DNA from: Phoronis australis
Lineage: Eukaryota > Animalia > Phoronida
DNA length: 64,000 bases
Direction of reading: 5' to 3'
Assembly: GCA_002633005.1 (NCBI GenBank)
Contig: NMRA01000097.1
Location: 161,445-225,444, forward strand
Position 1 is the stretch's first letter. The number at the start of each line of letters is the position of its first letter. The translations under genes were made by a program, and so were the position numbers. The notes below the pieces were generated by a model that was given only the letters and a program-made list of their open reading frames with translations, was not told where the DNA came from and made no database searches. Shown in pieces: positions 1 to 14,321 of this stretch.

Positions 1-80
1 CGAATCCGAGGCGCGTGGCGCCGAAGGGGGGGGGGAGGTCGGGAGGGGGTTTCCCCCCTCCGTGTAAGACAATTGTTTTG
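1..80. repeat. Partial copy of the GC-rich MITE-like element at 49527
   Basis: Direct similarity to 49572-49635. Confidence 0.6.
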
Positions 81-599
81 TTTTTGTAGCCAATAGTGAA
101 ATTTCCATGCATTCTGGTATGTTTCTGGCACTTGACATGTCTCTTGAGTTTTTCTTAAGATAATTTAAAACCCTTCTCGATTTCGTCGCATGAACGTGGC
201 TCATAAGTTTCGTGAAACCATATTTGTGCACATCTGGGTATGAGTCACGCCACCAGCAAAAATTTTTGCTGGAACATCTGCTTATACACACCTTTTCAGC
301 ATACGAAAAGTCGTATATGAAAAAGTGTGGTGTGTGGGGGGGGTGTTAGACAACTACCAAATATTCAAGCGCATAAGAAGCACCGACGGGGAGTAAAAAA
401 TTGAATATCAGATGATCGCGTAACAGCAGCCTCAAGTTGTTTAAGAACGAAGACCTGTACTGTTAGTCTGGAAATAAACATGTGTTCTGTTTCTTTATGA
501 GAAAAACTGGCACACGATGGTGCTCTCAACACTAAACAATTAAGTATCAGTTTATTAAGCTGAAATACGTTGACAACAATTGAAAAACGTCAAATGTAT

Positions 600-2100
600 C
601 TGGATACGAATCATCTGAAAACAGTTTCACGAAACCAAAACATTCTGTACATCGTGGTGAAAAGATAATCAGGACGACCAGTTCGCAGAGGGACCAGATG
701 TACACTGAAAGTACACAAAAACGCCTGGTCCATCACGAGACCAAAAGTACACCTGTGCTTATTATCCCTAGAAAAATAGTCGATCTGTCGCGGGACCAAA
801 CAGTACTGGCTGAGATAAATAGTTTTACAAAGCACACTTTGGTGAAAAAACATCACAAGACTAGTTCGCGAGACCTAAAGCGTACTATGCAAAACTTTTG
901 AATTGAAAACCTCTCTCTAGACACTTTTAAATGCCCAGTGGTTGCTCATACGTGTATTTTATACATCTGGTCGTCAACTGCTGCGAGAGGTTGTCTAGGA
1001 AAGGTTTTCGCACCGTTCTGTAATACTCACTGGAAGAAACAAGTATTGAGTACAATTTTAACTACGCACTACGTGAAATTAATTTTGGATATGAAGCAGA
1101 TAGACTCAAGTGGAAATACAAACCAGAATCAGTTTTTGTGCGCTCGTAGACCAAAAATAATTTCTATTTCGTTTTCATTGTACACAAGCATAAAAACGAC
1201 ATTATGTACAAACTGTGTAGAATTATAACTTATTACGTGGGTATTTATCCAGGAACGTTAGTCCTATCCTGCTGTTGTCTGGACTGCCGAGGAATCTGTA
1301 TATCGCGGGATCCAATGGTTTGCTTGTCTTAGCACCATTCTGCCCAGACATCATCGATGTTTGTTCCCAACGCTTGCACTTCGTCAACTGCTGTGTCAAT
1401 GAGCTTGTAAGCCTCTACAATGTCGTTTGGCAGCTCAATTGGCACTAAACCCCCTGAGGTTGCCAAGACCATTCAAAAGACTTACATGCGCAACTAAATT
1501 TGATCCGTTCATCATGAACTACTTCAAACCTAGACGATGTATCCCAGGACCTTTTTGCATCTCTTGCCATTTTCGGAATAAACGTCCCAATGTCTGAACG
1601 CTTGAAACCACAAGTACTGACATCAAATAAATGCCCATGGGCATGGGCGTTTCATCGGGTGGGCCTTTCTGCGGAAATCCCCAGTATAGAAGACGGCAGT
1701 GGTGCTTATTGCAAGTAGAAAGACGATAGGTATTGAGGTCGGAACTAGAGCTCCTTAGGAGGCCTATTGAACATCGCACGAGTCCCGCAAGACTTTGTTG
1801 TAAAAATACAGCCTCCCCGCAATTTCTGCTACTGTACACTGTTCGCAAATGCAGTCAATTTGTCAATGTGAGTGCCCCCTTGGTCATTCTTTGTATAGAC
1901 ATAACTTGTTAGAGTGCATCTTCAAACGGTTCCGCGACCAGACCACGGCGCCATGTAATGCGCAAGACAACTTTACTATACACCAGTCAAATTCGATTTA
2001 CAAACGTGTGGGGTATAATGGGCACGGCATGACAGATGAGGTAAACACGTTGCACGTCAATTTGCCTGAATATCAGGTTTGCGGCACCACAGTATTTCTC
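600..2100 (-). mobile_element. Highly decayed hAT-type (PRKRIR/ZMYM1-like) transposase remnant
   Basis: Minus-strand translation near 1250-1470 gives DIVEAYKLIDTAV..DDVWAEW..IPRQSRQQQDRTNVP, resembling the hAT DI..AY..I / PR...RQ..R.N.P motifs; many stops; boundaries approximate. Confidence 0.4.
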
Positions 2101-4739
2101 CTAATCAAATCAAATTATATCTTAGAGTAAAGAAGCTAGTTATCTAAAGAAATCAGCTATAGAGCTGCTCTTTCAGCGGTGAATCCATCTAAAATGCTTG
2201 GCAACTTCAGAGGTGTCGACGGAAGCGCGCTGACAATTGGTCTCCGCGCGTTTTGCCGATGAGCCACGAAGACTCAAAATGCGTTGATTTTCATAACAGC
2301 AATTTGCAATGCAAAAAATTTTATTTTCAGAGTGAACCCCCCCCCCTCATTTTTTCCAAGTTGGTTTACTTGGGGTTTACACACGCTGGTGGTTTCGTTT
2401 TTGTTTTGGTGACGACGTTTTTGTTGTTTTTTTCTTAATTTTGTGTCCTGGCCCAAGGGGGGGTTTAAGCCCCCTGAACCCCCCTACCCGTAGATCTGCC
2501 ACTGAATTGTATGCAAAATGTTAAGGATTTAAGAAATGTTAGCCAACCTAGAGATGGGGTAGCTTAAAATATATGTCTTAACTGCTTCAACGTTTGAAGT
2601 GTGACCTTCCATCAGAGGCCTTTGTAGCGTTGCTGATTTTCTCACTGAAGCCACAGTAATCAGGTGGTTATTGGGCTACACAAAAAATTATATCAACGTT
2701 TCGTGCCAAAACGTACCCCCGTAATAATTTGTTCCTATTTCATAAAACAAATGACCGGTATGCTTAGACTGGAAAATGGGTGCAATACATGTAGCTATGT
2801 CCGTCAGAATGATTGTCATTGCATCAGGTTTTATAAGTTTCACACAAAGTTCTACCGATCCATGTTTTTCTCCGACACTTTTAAAAACACAGGTACATGT
2901 ACACTGTACAAAGAGTACTTTCATGAAAGAAAATATCAATGGTAACCTAAATCCGCCACTACATATTCTATAAACGGCTGATCGGATTCACATGAAACTT
3001 TCATATAGTCTTGTTTGGCAAAAGGTGTTAGAAGGTGTTTCAGATGTTCATACTTGAGAGAATATCAAAATGGGCATTGTCATGGAATTAAAGCGAATAA
3101 TATTTCAGAAAATTGCTCAATCGTTTTTGTGATTTTACGCCGTGTGTTAAACCAATCTAAATTTGGTCGTGTATGGATGAATATATTTGGGCATGTGACT
3201 GCCAAAGAATGGAATCTTGGTAAAAAGTCATGAAACATATTCTAGTTGCTTTCTGATTTCAAAAAAATGTAAACCTGTTTGTAGATTTTTAACTAACTAC
3301 ACATACGTACCAAAAACGTCCTTTTAAACTTTAAACTCGATACTTTTCACATACATGAGTGAAATGGAAAATGGTATTCATGCAATATTCAGGTGAAACT
3401 ACTAGCGAAACCTTTTAGCTGCTCCTACTCCTTTGTCAGGGCCCACTAATTTCCATGTAACAGCTGTAACGTTATATATAAATATACTGATAACTAAAAC
3501 AAAGTGATCACCCTGTGTCCTGCAACAGTTAATCAGTGTCGTAACTTAAATATGCATAGTTTTGTTGTGATTGTTAATTTGGCGAATGCTAGCGTGACCC
3601 CTGGTGGACGGGTCTGTAGAGCACTAGGAAGCAATTTAACTTTTCATTAGATGAAATCTTTGTTTCGTATCGAAATTTGTAAACAAATGTATAACGAATT
3701 CCAGTGGGAGGGAGAAGAAAACATATGTAAGGATTTACCCCAACACTTGATATTATTTTGTATAGTATTTTTTCTGGTTTTTAGCATAGCATTAGGTTGA
3801 CCATCCATCCATAACGCAATTCTAGTATTTTTTGTAGGTCTAAATTATCCCTTTCCTCCATCCTCCCCGGCCCCAGTCTTTGTCTTTCCCTGTGCCCTCC
3901 ATTGGCAATATCAGTATCGCACGTACATGTTTGCCTAAGGTTGTATTTCTATGATACTTGGCATACAGATTTCTTATTTGGTGACGACAAAACTTTCTTT
4001 GCGTCTGTCTTTATGTTTGTCCGTTGTGCGTAATCTTGAAATCCAGCTTAATCTCAAGATCGCGTATGCGATGTTCTTGGAATTGAATAGTCATTAAGGC
4101 AATCGGTCACATTTTTGTTCAGAATCAAAATGTTTGCAATTATTGGTCTTACGATCATTTTTCTTTCTTTCTAATTTGTATCACAGAATCGGAGAAATGT
4201 TTGAGTGGATAACCAGTTGTTGTGTGATGATTAGGGTCGCCAATAGTTGAAAAAAGTCTTAAAGGTTGATAAAAAGTTTTATTACATGTACTTTAGAAAC
4301 GTGAACGTACATGTGTATTTTAAGTTCACACAGACCCGAATTTGAGATTAAGTAGGATTCAAAGTTAACCTACAGAATATCAAGTTAAAGATGAATAAAT
4401 TGTTATCCCGTGGACTGTAATCATGCCCGTTTTCTGACGGATTTGACCTACGTTACATCACCCAGTGGCCGTTTTAGTATTTTCTACACCGTGTGAAAAA
4501 TGTCGTAAGGTGCGCAGAAACGTTGCAGAATTGCGCAGCACATTTTGTCTCATTTGGGCTGGACTTACATGTATGATGTCACCACTGATGACATTTTAAC
4601 TTGTTTATAATTTAGTACTAAGGAACACCCTCAGAAACACACAATTTGCACTACAGTCGTGGTTGTATGTCGCTGCTCTGTGTTGCTTTTTTAATTATTT
4701 ATGCAGAAACATGCTTACTGCACCTGTATGCTATTTCAG

Positions 4740-5084
4740 TTGGACCCAGCGAAGTGACACTACGAGTTGATGGAGCATCATTGAATCGATCCCAGAGTAC
4801 TCTTGTTTTGCATTACCGCCAGATATACACAATCACGTGCTGGACAGATGGCGCTCACCCGCAACCGGAAATTGTGTTAACGTTGACTAGAAGGGACTCG
4901 CCCAATAATACAGCTACAACTGTCTTAAAAGGTCCTGCGTCCGGAAAGGGTCATTTGTTTTACACAACAAATCTGGCAGTGTCAGCAAACCTCAATGTCC
5001 ACCGACAGCAGCTGCAATGCGTGGCTAAGAACACAGAGGTGGCTTCATTTGTGACATCTTCTCAAGTGGAAACCGCTCTCCGAG
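4740..5084 (+). CDS. Ig-like domain exon 1 (type A)
   Basis: tttcag|TTGGACCC ... CGAG|gtatgt; 345 nt; GPSEVTL..YTITCWTDGAHPQPEIVL..QLQCVAKN. Confidence 0.88.
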
Positions 5085-8000
5085 GTATGTTCCTGATTAA
5101 ACTTCACCGCTGTCTTACCTCCAACACGTCGACATGCACGCTGTTTTAAATGATTGCATTTCGAATTTTGCTTAAAACTTACCGGTATGTCTGCTCTTTT
5201 CAAGTAGCAGTTATGAATGGTTTGGATAATGAAAATATGCAGGAGTGAGAGCAAATGATTAAGCCATCGAATAATGAACAAGAGCAATTTTTATACCTTG
5301 ACAAAATACATCCTCCTTTTCAAACCGTCATCAAATAAAAATGAATTTTCGAAAGTATACACCACAATCGAAAATCGGAAATTATTCCGTGTACTGCTTG
5401 GGTAACTCTGTCGATGTGGAGATGCTAGACAGAATGAATTACATGTACATTACACATGAGGCGAGGCAGAATTAAGGATTCGATAATATCTTTTTCATGA
5501 AACTAATTATAATGTTAGATGCAGTTTTTGAGATAAAAATGAAAGCAATGCAATCGTTTGATGTCGAAATGATCACTCTAAATACCGATGTTTCGACGGT
5601 TTTAGACCGAGTGCCCAGAACCCCTAGATGAACGAAGTGCAAACAGGTTACATCATGATCACCGAAAATGCACATCGGTATGTACAGTGTACAGAAACGG
5701 CCGGGTTATTCAGCTGTCTGCACTACGGGTCATACAATTTGTGGCCATTGCAAGGGTAGAGAGTCAAGGCAGTAGCCATAACTGATATAGAATGAGTACT
5801 TATTGTCCGATGATAAAAGGCACTCCGGGCATTTTGCTCCAGAAACCCAAGACGTGACCCAAAATGATAGTACCTCAAAGCGTACCATAGGTACAATACA
5901 AAGAGATTACATAAACTACTAAATGGAATACGGCAGAGGAGATGCACTTCAGGTTTGTCCCTCCAGAAATCCTGAAACATAGGACCTACAGAATGGTAAG
6001 ATAAGCTTGTTGGGGTACCAGAAGAAATTGCACACATCATCAATACCGAATCATGACTGTGTAAGAGATCATTCACAACGACAGTTTTGCTTGACACAGG
6101 ACAGGGCTATTTGAGCGAGGTTATCGGCACTGTCGTTTGGTGGATGGTAACGGTTTCACGTTTTCCGTTTTTCTTGCTTGTTTCACAGGCTACCACCCGG
6201 GAGATGGTGGACATAATCATTTTCAGGGACCATCAACGTCGCCGATGACAAGATCGTGTGATGTTTGAAAGACATTGATCAAGCGACTAGTCCAAATTCA
6301 GGAAAGTGCATCTTCAAGTCGGTACAAATGAGCGTAATCAGTAGGATCTATTCTGCTGACGTTGTGAAATCAGAACCACAAAAAACCCACCTGGAATGTC
6401 CAGGTAAAAAATTCAGTAAATTTGAGGGACCTTACACGTTATCAGGCCAAATGTACCCGGACATCCACCCACCAGGAAGTGCTCCAATAAGCTAAGGATA
6501 ACACAAGGAACACGGTTACGCTGAACTCCTTGAAGCCAAAATCAGAACCTCCAACATGGGTGGATGCAAGTTGCAGCACTTATTCAGATTTATGAAGATG
6601 GTCATCGCGTTTGCATCGATATTACTAATGCCGGCTAAGCAATGCCACATTAACACTTAGCGCGTACTTCTCGTTCTACGGAATGATCAGACACTAATCC
6701 TTTATTGTTCAGCTCAACGACGCTCTGTACAACTCCGCCACAACGTTAAGTGAAACGACTTCATCACTATGACATCTACATGCGTATCAAAATACAGGCC
6801 TGGGACAACGATTCTCTTAGCTGTCGTTCTTTATTGACTAAACGTCTAAAATCGTAGCATGCAGGACAGAACAACATGGAGATAAGGCAATTCATTGAGA
6901 TCTGAACGGAAGACGAGGGAAGTATGCAAGCGCTGAACTCATGATGCTGCAATTGTGGTGCCATGGTGGCCTCCGACAATACATGTGTGACAAAGCACTT
7001 TCACCCAATTGGAGCTCAGAGTACTGTATTTCCGTGTATGATAGCCATGTTTAGAGGGGTCAGAAGCTTACGATTATTGAAGTCCTTTCCAAGGTCATAC
7101 ACGACATACTATAGGTAACAAAAGTGTCGAAAAACAGGCTTATGAGCAGGACATACATGTATATCTATTGACGAGTGATCGACAGGAAGACGTAATTTTG
7201 AGTAGCCGTATACAAGATTTCTTCATGATGCAGTATTCGTCTACAAAAGATGACCATGGCAAAGAGTTGGCACACTCACGTTTAGCTTACTCTAGTAGTC
7301 AGATGACGATTTTGAGAAGTTTATCCTCTTAAACAAGTCATTAATTTATCGATGAATTGAAATTGGTTTTGGTGATCTTAGTTTACCAGAGCGTATGTTT
7401 TGTAGCGGTAGTCTTTGATAGTCCAGGAAAGGATTTTACCATTTCAGCCAAACTTGGTAGTTTTCTTGTTTAAAAACGCTATGCCCTGACACCCACAGTA
7501 CAGGTACATGTATATGGGATTTGTTCGAAATGCATGGGCGTCGCATCACTGAAAAAGTGTGGTCAATAGCAATATTTTTTATTAATCTTTGACCGTCCTT
7601 TTCTAGACTCATGCAGTAGGTCAAAATAACTGTGGAATGTTCCGTGTATTTTTATTCTCTTAATTCTTCATGCGTTTACCGTTGGACAACTTGTACATGT
7701 ATTGATGCCTTTTCCAATCGCGACACTTAGGTTTTATTACCACACTGTAATGCAATATTTGGTGAAATAACATGTTAAAGACCACTTCAAATCAACCCTA
7801 AAAATAATAGATTTTGATTTAACTAGTTATCTAGTGTTTGAGTAATTGTGTCTTGTGGAAAAGAAGAAAAGAAGAAAACAAACGTTCGATCAAGCAGGAA
7901 TCATTTCGGAAGTCATAAAAGTGGGTCAGTTGAGCCGCATGACTCAACCTTTTGGTGTCAGTTTGGAATAAACGCTTAACTGCAAACCAGAAAAGTAAAG

Positions 8001-8375
8001 TCTCATTGATATAAATATGCTGACGTATAAGACGTTCATTCCGGTGCTAACACTGTTGTTTTGGTCCATGGCTTTGGTTTTGAAGGCTTGGCTAGCACCG
8101 ATCTAGTGTTAGAATCTGAATAAAGTGGAAATTATTAGTGACAAAGTATGAGGTTGATGAAAGCCAATTTGATGTTCCCACTGACTTCAAATAGGAGATC
8201 ACAGTGCCTCTTAGTAAAACTAGTGACGCGGGGTAAGGGACCGAACAAAGCCTTGACATTGTTTTAAATTCTTTGTTCCTAGAAAGCGTTCAAGACCTTC
8301 AAAGTTATTAATCCCCTCTTTAGTAGAAACGTTTATGAAATCACGTGTACATTGCATATCGAACGTGCGTTGCAG

Positions 8376-8726
8376 CCTCGAAAGCAGAGATAAACATCAA
8401 GGTAAAACGGTGCAAGCCAAGCTGTTCAACAATAGAGCAAAATGTCATTGGCCATCTATCGGTACCTTTGACAAGTTCTATCGATTACGTTATCGAGTGT
8501 AGTATAGAGACAGTGTTCGAAACGTGTGAGGTTGACATGGAACCTTATTCTCCTGATGGCCCAGTAGTTACGCACAACATTGGCCAGTCGAGTAAGGTGA
8601 AGCGCTCTGTACAACACAGGTTTACCGCGTCCGCAGCAAATAACCAGAAGCAAGTCACTTGCATAGTGTCACATCCAATCGTGACGGAGGTGGATTCAAA
8701 TAGGACGATAAACCTAACAGTTTGGT
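8376..8726 (+). CDS. Ig-like domain exon 2 (type B)
   Basis: tgcag|CCTCG ... TGGT|gtaagt; 351 nt; YVIECSIET..NNQKQVTCIVSHP..INLTVW. Confidence 0.88.
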
Positions 8727-9006
8727 GTAAGTACATGTCCTAACACAAGTTGTCTGCACATGTTAGCAATTATGCTTAAAGATTTTTTCACAGCATTATT
8801 ATCTTTAGACTTGAGAATTTATTGGACACCCGTTATGTAAATTGTTTACAACTATAATGTCAATTCCGAATAAATTTTTGATCCTTCCGAAAAGAAACAA
8901 TATAGCACGTCACAAAACAAACTTTATAGCAGTCTATGATCTAGTAAAACGAGGTCTACTGGACATATAGACAAATGTCAACTGTTCTCTTCACTTTATT
9001 CTTCAG

Positions 9007-9381
9007 TTGGACCCACAACTTTATCCATAAACACCAACAAAGGACGGGTAAATAACCAAGGCGTTTTTTACCTTCGGTACTCCGACAGTTACCAACTAAC
9101 CTGTTTCACTGACAGCATCAGCACTGGTGCAAATTTCACTTTTGGCTTCTTGGTTGGCCAATCCGTGAATTCCAGTTCGCATGTTCAGTCCCAGTTTGGT
9201 AGCGCCACAGTTTCACCAGTCTCCGCAGCCCCGCAGTCGGATGGTGGTAAAGTCTACTCACGGAGCCTAGATTTCCAAGCGGCACTGTCTGTGCATGATC
9301 AAGACATTTTTTGCTCGTCGGAAAACGTGAACTTGTCATCCCTGTTTTCTAAGCAAAAGACGATTCGGACACGCATTTCTG
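9007..9381 (+). CDS. Ig-like domain exon 3 (type A), GC donor
   Basis: cttcag|TTGGACCC ... TCTG|gcaagt; 375 nt; GPTTLSI..YQLTCFTD..HDQDIFCSSEN. Confidence 0.85.
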
Positions 9382-9737
9382 GCAAGTTTTGAGATAGCTT
9401 GAAATACGTGTACACGTAATTTTTGATGAGATGTCGAAATTTGTCTTGCTTTGCTTAAGTTATGGCGACAATTGAGAAAGGAATCACAAAACAACGTTTA
9501 ATCTTCAAACTCAGACTCAAACCAGATGCAGACATCGAGTCACCCTGCTCAATTTCAGTACACATTTGCATGTTTTCTGGAAATCGAAACATATAGAAGA
9601 AAGGGCTTCTCATTTATTTTGTGTAGCCTGCAGCGTACACACGGCACATGTACTTGTAAATAATGCCTTGCCAAGAAAACGTTTTGATTTATTTTTTGTT
9701 TTCGAGCGGCTCACCCCGTTACTGGTTGTCTCTTCAG

Positions 9738-10082
9738 CTACACCTGCGAAATTGACAATAACGGTACAAGACAGTGATCACAATACCATCTACAATATAT
9801 CAGACGGTGGTCAGTCAGTGCATCTGATCAATGGGGAGGTATATTGCATTGCATGTGACACGGTCAGTGACCTTCCCGCGGTAAACATCACGTGGGGTGT
9901 CCAGCTCGGGTCTCTCCCACGACAGGTCAATGTGTCGTTGTCCAGCCGAAACCATCGATTTTCGTCCAGTTTTTTGCTCAACGCAACCTCGTCTGCAAAC
10001 CTTGTTAGTTTGGAATGTATGGCGTCCCACCGAGTGGTCCAGACACTCAATTCTAACATTGTTGTCATCATGCATGTATTCT
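9738..10082 (+). CDS. Ig-like domain exon 4 (type B)
   Basis: cttcag|CTACA ... TTCT|gtgagt; 345 nt; YCIACDT..VNITW..LECMASH. Confidence 0.88.
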
Positions 10083-10402
10083 GTGAGTATCACAAGGACA
10101 AAGGTAGACTTTCCACCGATACTGATCGGCACAGATAATTATCTGGTCTCTTAAAGTTGCTTAAAACAACTTCACCTGGATGTTCTTGGTGTATTTCGTT
10201 TCGTTACCTGTTTACTAGATTAAACATTGCCAACAAGGCAGCATACATGTATTAAGATTAAAGGGCCGGTGAAATATCCCATATTAATTTTTGATGGGAA
10301 CCACTTGGGTGCCCATTAGCTAATAGATAGCGCGTGATCTAGAGAAGTTTAAGCTGCTGGTTCTCTGTGTAGCAGTATTATGTGGACATGGTATTATTTC
10401 AG

Positions 10403-10750
10403 TTGGTTCCACGACATTAGAGGTAACGCGTGTGTCCACCAACGAGCAGATCTCTGCTGGCAGATACGGCCTTCAAGTCGAAGAAGACTACGAAATTAAG
10501 TGTGCTACAGACAATGTTTACCGTGATGCTTTGTTGAGTTTCAATATACAAGGCAGTCACTTGCTACCAGAACATTACCGATTCTCAGGTGTTCTCCACC
10601 AGGTGGCGCGCCATGGCAGCCGTAAAATATACAGAACATTGACGTTTAAAGCCGTAACGAATTTTCACGATTCCTCGCTTTCGTGTCAAGCCACAAATGT
10701 CAATGTGTCCAGATTTAACTACACATTTCGAACCACTTTCTTCATCAGAA
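10403..10750 (+). CDS. Ig-like domain exon 5 (type A)
   Basis: tttcag|TTGGTTCC ... AGAA|gtacgc; 348 nt; YEIKCATD..HDSSLSCQATN. Confidence 0.87.
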
Positions 10751-11191
10751 GTACGCTTTGATAATTGATTGCGATGACATAAAATATGCAACTTCCAATA
10801 CAATGAAAGTGCCGAAAGGCGCTCTAGTACATGTATGATATCCATGGCAACATTAACGTTTTTTATTAATAGGTCAAAACATGTTTGTTCATGTATATAG
10901 CACTCGCTTTAAGCGTTTTGAAAACTTCTTGTTGCAGGAGAACTCGGTAAACAGGTGTCAGCGCTTTCCCTTCGATAGCATTTTAAAAATGATTTTTGAA
11001 AATTTTGTTGCTTTGCTACAACAAATAAACTGTTGAAATGAATTAGTTTCTAGTAAATTTAGTATGATTTATCGACGACATGCCAATAGAAAATATTCAG
11101 CTAAAGATCTGATTCTCGTAAGTTAAATGTCCGTTAAACTCAACATTACAACCATTCTTTGGCCAACACAGTTCGATTCTATTTCATCTAG

Positions 11192-11542
11192 CGTCGAATG
11201 CGACACAGGACGGCATCATTATGTCAATCAGTGTGTTTAACAACCAATGGCAACCACACGAGTCCGACATCAGCGGCCGACTCAGTAATCCACTCACAGA
11301 CGGCAGAAAATATAGGTTCGATTGTAAGCGAACGCTCCCATTTGAGGTGGAAGTGAGCATCACCGCAGGTACTTTTCTCAAGATGAAGGATATGAGGGGC
11401 TTCGACACAGGACAAGAGTACCACCGCGAGTTCTCGTTCACAGCTAGCAAGGAGCAAAATAACCAGACGGTCGCATGTAACGTTAGTCACCCTCATGTGA
11501 CGGATGTCAACACCGTACGTTCTGTCACTCTCGTTGTATATT
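11192..11542 (+). CDS. Ig-like domain exon 6 (type B)
   Basis: catctag|CGTCG ... TATT|gtaagt; 351 nt; YRFDCKRT..NNQTVACNVSHP. Confidence 0.87.
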
Positions 11543-12295
11543 GTAAGTAAGATTGCCATAAATCATTGACATAAAATAAGGTTATATTCCTGGTGACAAT
11601 GTTCATTTTTTATCGCCTGTGGACTGCGGATGTACATGTACATGTAGGCGTGCCTTCTCTGATTTTATTTGTTGGTTATGCTGCGTAAGTATTGGGTGCC
11701 CACTTGGCACTATCTGTGGCTACTAACGCATCCATAGTCATGAATTGTAATAAAGGACTGGCTAGTTTTTGAAGAAATAGTTCAGGCATGTCGGCATACG
11801 GGTGGAGACACCGCCAAAAAGTGCGGTAAACTTATTCCCCTACGTACATACGTGTACATGTATGTATATCGCTGGGGACTATTGGGTAGGCAATGTCCAG
11901 CTTTCAGTTAAGACTTATCTAGTTTGGCGAAGGTAGGAAGCTAAACCTTATCATTGCAGCGATTGAAGGATCCCCTAAACTTCATGGTGGTGGATTTTTG
12001 ATCTGCACTTGTAAAGGTAGCGCTTCCACTACCCTATCTAAATCCGCTTAAATATGCAGTCAAAGTAGTTATACGTTGGGTGAACTTTTTGCCCAACCCT
12101 GCGTAAATGCGCCGCGTTGTTGTCGCACCATGCTTTTTTGATAACAGCCCACCTTTTTAACAGTACAGTATATGTGGATAACAGCTTTGCAATCTCGTCA
12201 AATTTTAATAAAGCTCAAATTCATTTAAAATGGTACCAGAACCTAGTGAACTTGACAACAATCCAATTGGTCAACTGTTGTTTATAAATTGCCAG

Positions 12296-12673
12296 TTGGT
12301 CCAGAGCAGCTATTCATAGAGAGGAACTCTCAACTGATCAACGCCTCGTCTGGTCTCGATCTGGTTTACGGTAGATCGGAAGATTTGACATGCACAACAG
12401 ACAGCGTCTACCAAAACGTCACCATGGAGTTCGGATTTCTATTACCAGATGGCAACCGAATTGCTAATACTCAGGCAGAGATGAAAGCCTTCGGTAAAGG
12501 ATCATTGGAGCCCTTGAAATTTCGCTCGGGCATTTGCAGTGGGCAAGAATATATAGCCAAGTTGCGATTCTTAGCCGATTCATCGGTTCATCGTCAAACT
12601 ATCAAGTGTTATTCTCTTAATGTCGCAGACCCCGCGCTGCAGGAGGAAGAATATATTGATGTACGGATCCAAG
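12296..12673 (+). CDS. Ig-like domain exon 7 (type A)
   Basis: tgccag|TTGGTCCA ... CAAG|gtaaat; 378 nt; GPEQL..LTCTTD..HRQTIKCYSLN. Confidence 0.88.
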
Positions 12674-13955
12674 GTAAATTAATGGATAATTTTGTATAAA
12701 GTAAAATTCATTGTCTAACAGGTTTCCGTGATCTGTATCCCTTTAGATCATACACTTGTATTACACGAATTGTAAAGTAATTATCCATGATTATATTTTG
12801 AGGCATCCCTATACACAATATCTTACGACTGACCTCGCACTTGTTGCACTGAAGACATGCATAATGGCTTGGGTCTAATCTTTATATCCGTAGTCGAAAT
12901 TATGTTTTGGCATTTTTCTTTCCACTTTGGCGTGATCTCGGGGCAAAGGGATTGTTGCTTTTTGCCCTAGTACATTGTGTTTTGTTTTTGTTTGTGACCA
13001 CAATCCACGATCGCCCATAAGGATTTTCCCATTGGAAGCACTGAGAACTGATGGAGCTACCCCCATTATAAATAACACAGTAATTAATTAATAAATAAAT
13101 CACCAAGAACAATATTTTTTGAATTTAGACGGCTGCGTCACCGCGTTCAAGCATATTTTGGTAAATATAATATCAAAAGGATTACTTTTTTCTACATTGG
13201 GATTAGGCACAATTTCCATTGTTTTGCGACAATAGCTTATTTATGAAAAAATTATATTTTTTGGGTTCAAATACACTGTACATTGTATTAACATTTGTTC
13301 AGTATTCATTCCTTTTTCTTGGATATTGTAATGCGCTAAAAAGAGCAGCGCGAAGTCAAATTTCACACCGACGCCATACCAAGCTTGAGAACAGGCATAC
13401 CCACAAGTTTGGTCATTACATGTATACATGTATGTGATTCAATTCGCCGTAGAACCATAAATCGGAATTTGTTGAGCAAACCTCTTGTCTAGCATAAGTT
13501 ACTTACACTGAAAAAAACGTTTTTGTCACAGTCCCATGAACGTACACGGTGATGCATCTGCCATCTATTGAAATACATGTACAGCAGTAACCGTGATCTA
13601 GAAATCCAACCGCTCTTGAGAAGAACCAATTAGACTACCAGATGTGAGGTTGTTTAGCGAACCCCAATTTTTCATTTTTATAGCAAGCACAAAGGAGCAT
13701 AAATTAAGCCATTATAGTATAGCGTTGTCTGTGACACTCATAACAAAATCCGGACATCATGCAGCGAATTTAAAGTGTTTTCAAAAAGAGTTTAAGGTAT
13801 TTACTGACAGCATTTCAGTAGCAAACGAACGTGTATTTCACATTTTGCGAGAAGTGATTCTGTTCAGGCGTTTGTAACGGAAAAACTAAATCCATGACTC
13901 TGTCGGTTTTCAGATACGTTCTGGTCCTTTTTTCGTTCAACCTTTGGTATTTCAG

Positions 13956-14321
13956 TGCCGTCTGTTAAAATGGAAATCAGTATTGTTAGTGTGACTGGAT
14001 TTCACCACTATGTCAGATCAGACTCCGACAATATCGCGAATCCTCTCGAGCGCGGGGTAAATTATACAGTCACTTGTACAGCACGAACCCTAATCCCGGC
14101 CATGAATATGACGTGGGACTTACGCGTTGAAAACTGGGAAAAAGCCCTCATTGCGTCTTACGATATGAAAGAGACTCCTGATGCGGGTGAAGTGGAATAC
14201 TTTAGGAATTTCACTTTTACTGCTATTGAACCTGTTAACGACCAACATCTAACCTGCCGGCTATTACACTCTGTTATAACAGAGATAGATGCCCGCCAAA
14301 CCGTCAAACCTGAAGTCTTGT
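13956..14321 (+). CDS. Ig-like domain exon 8 (type B)
   Basis: tttcag|TGCCG ... TTGT|gtaagt; 366 nt; YTVTCTART..MNMTW..NDQHLTCRLLH. Confidence 0.88.

Noticed and set aside
4646-4739. Hydrophobic ORF start (LLCVAFLIIYAE) as a signal peptide
   Set aside because: It overlaps the T-rich tract before the 4739 acceptor, and the exon begins at the same GP position as its paralogues. Probably intron, though an ATG at 4667 cannot be fully excluded.
5700-6980. Cluster of short ORFs, possible LINE endonuclease relic
   Set aside because: The motif similarity is too weak to support a family call, and there is no Ig-like exon pattern.
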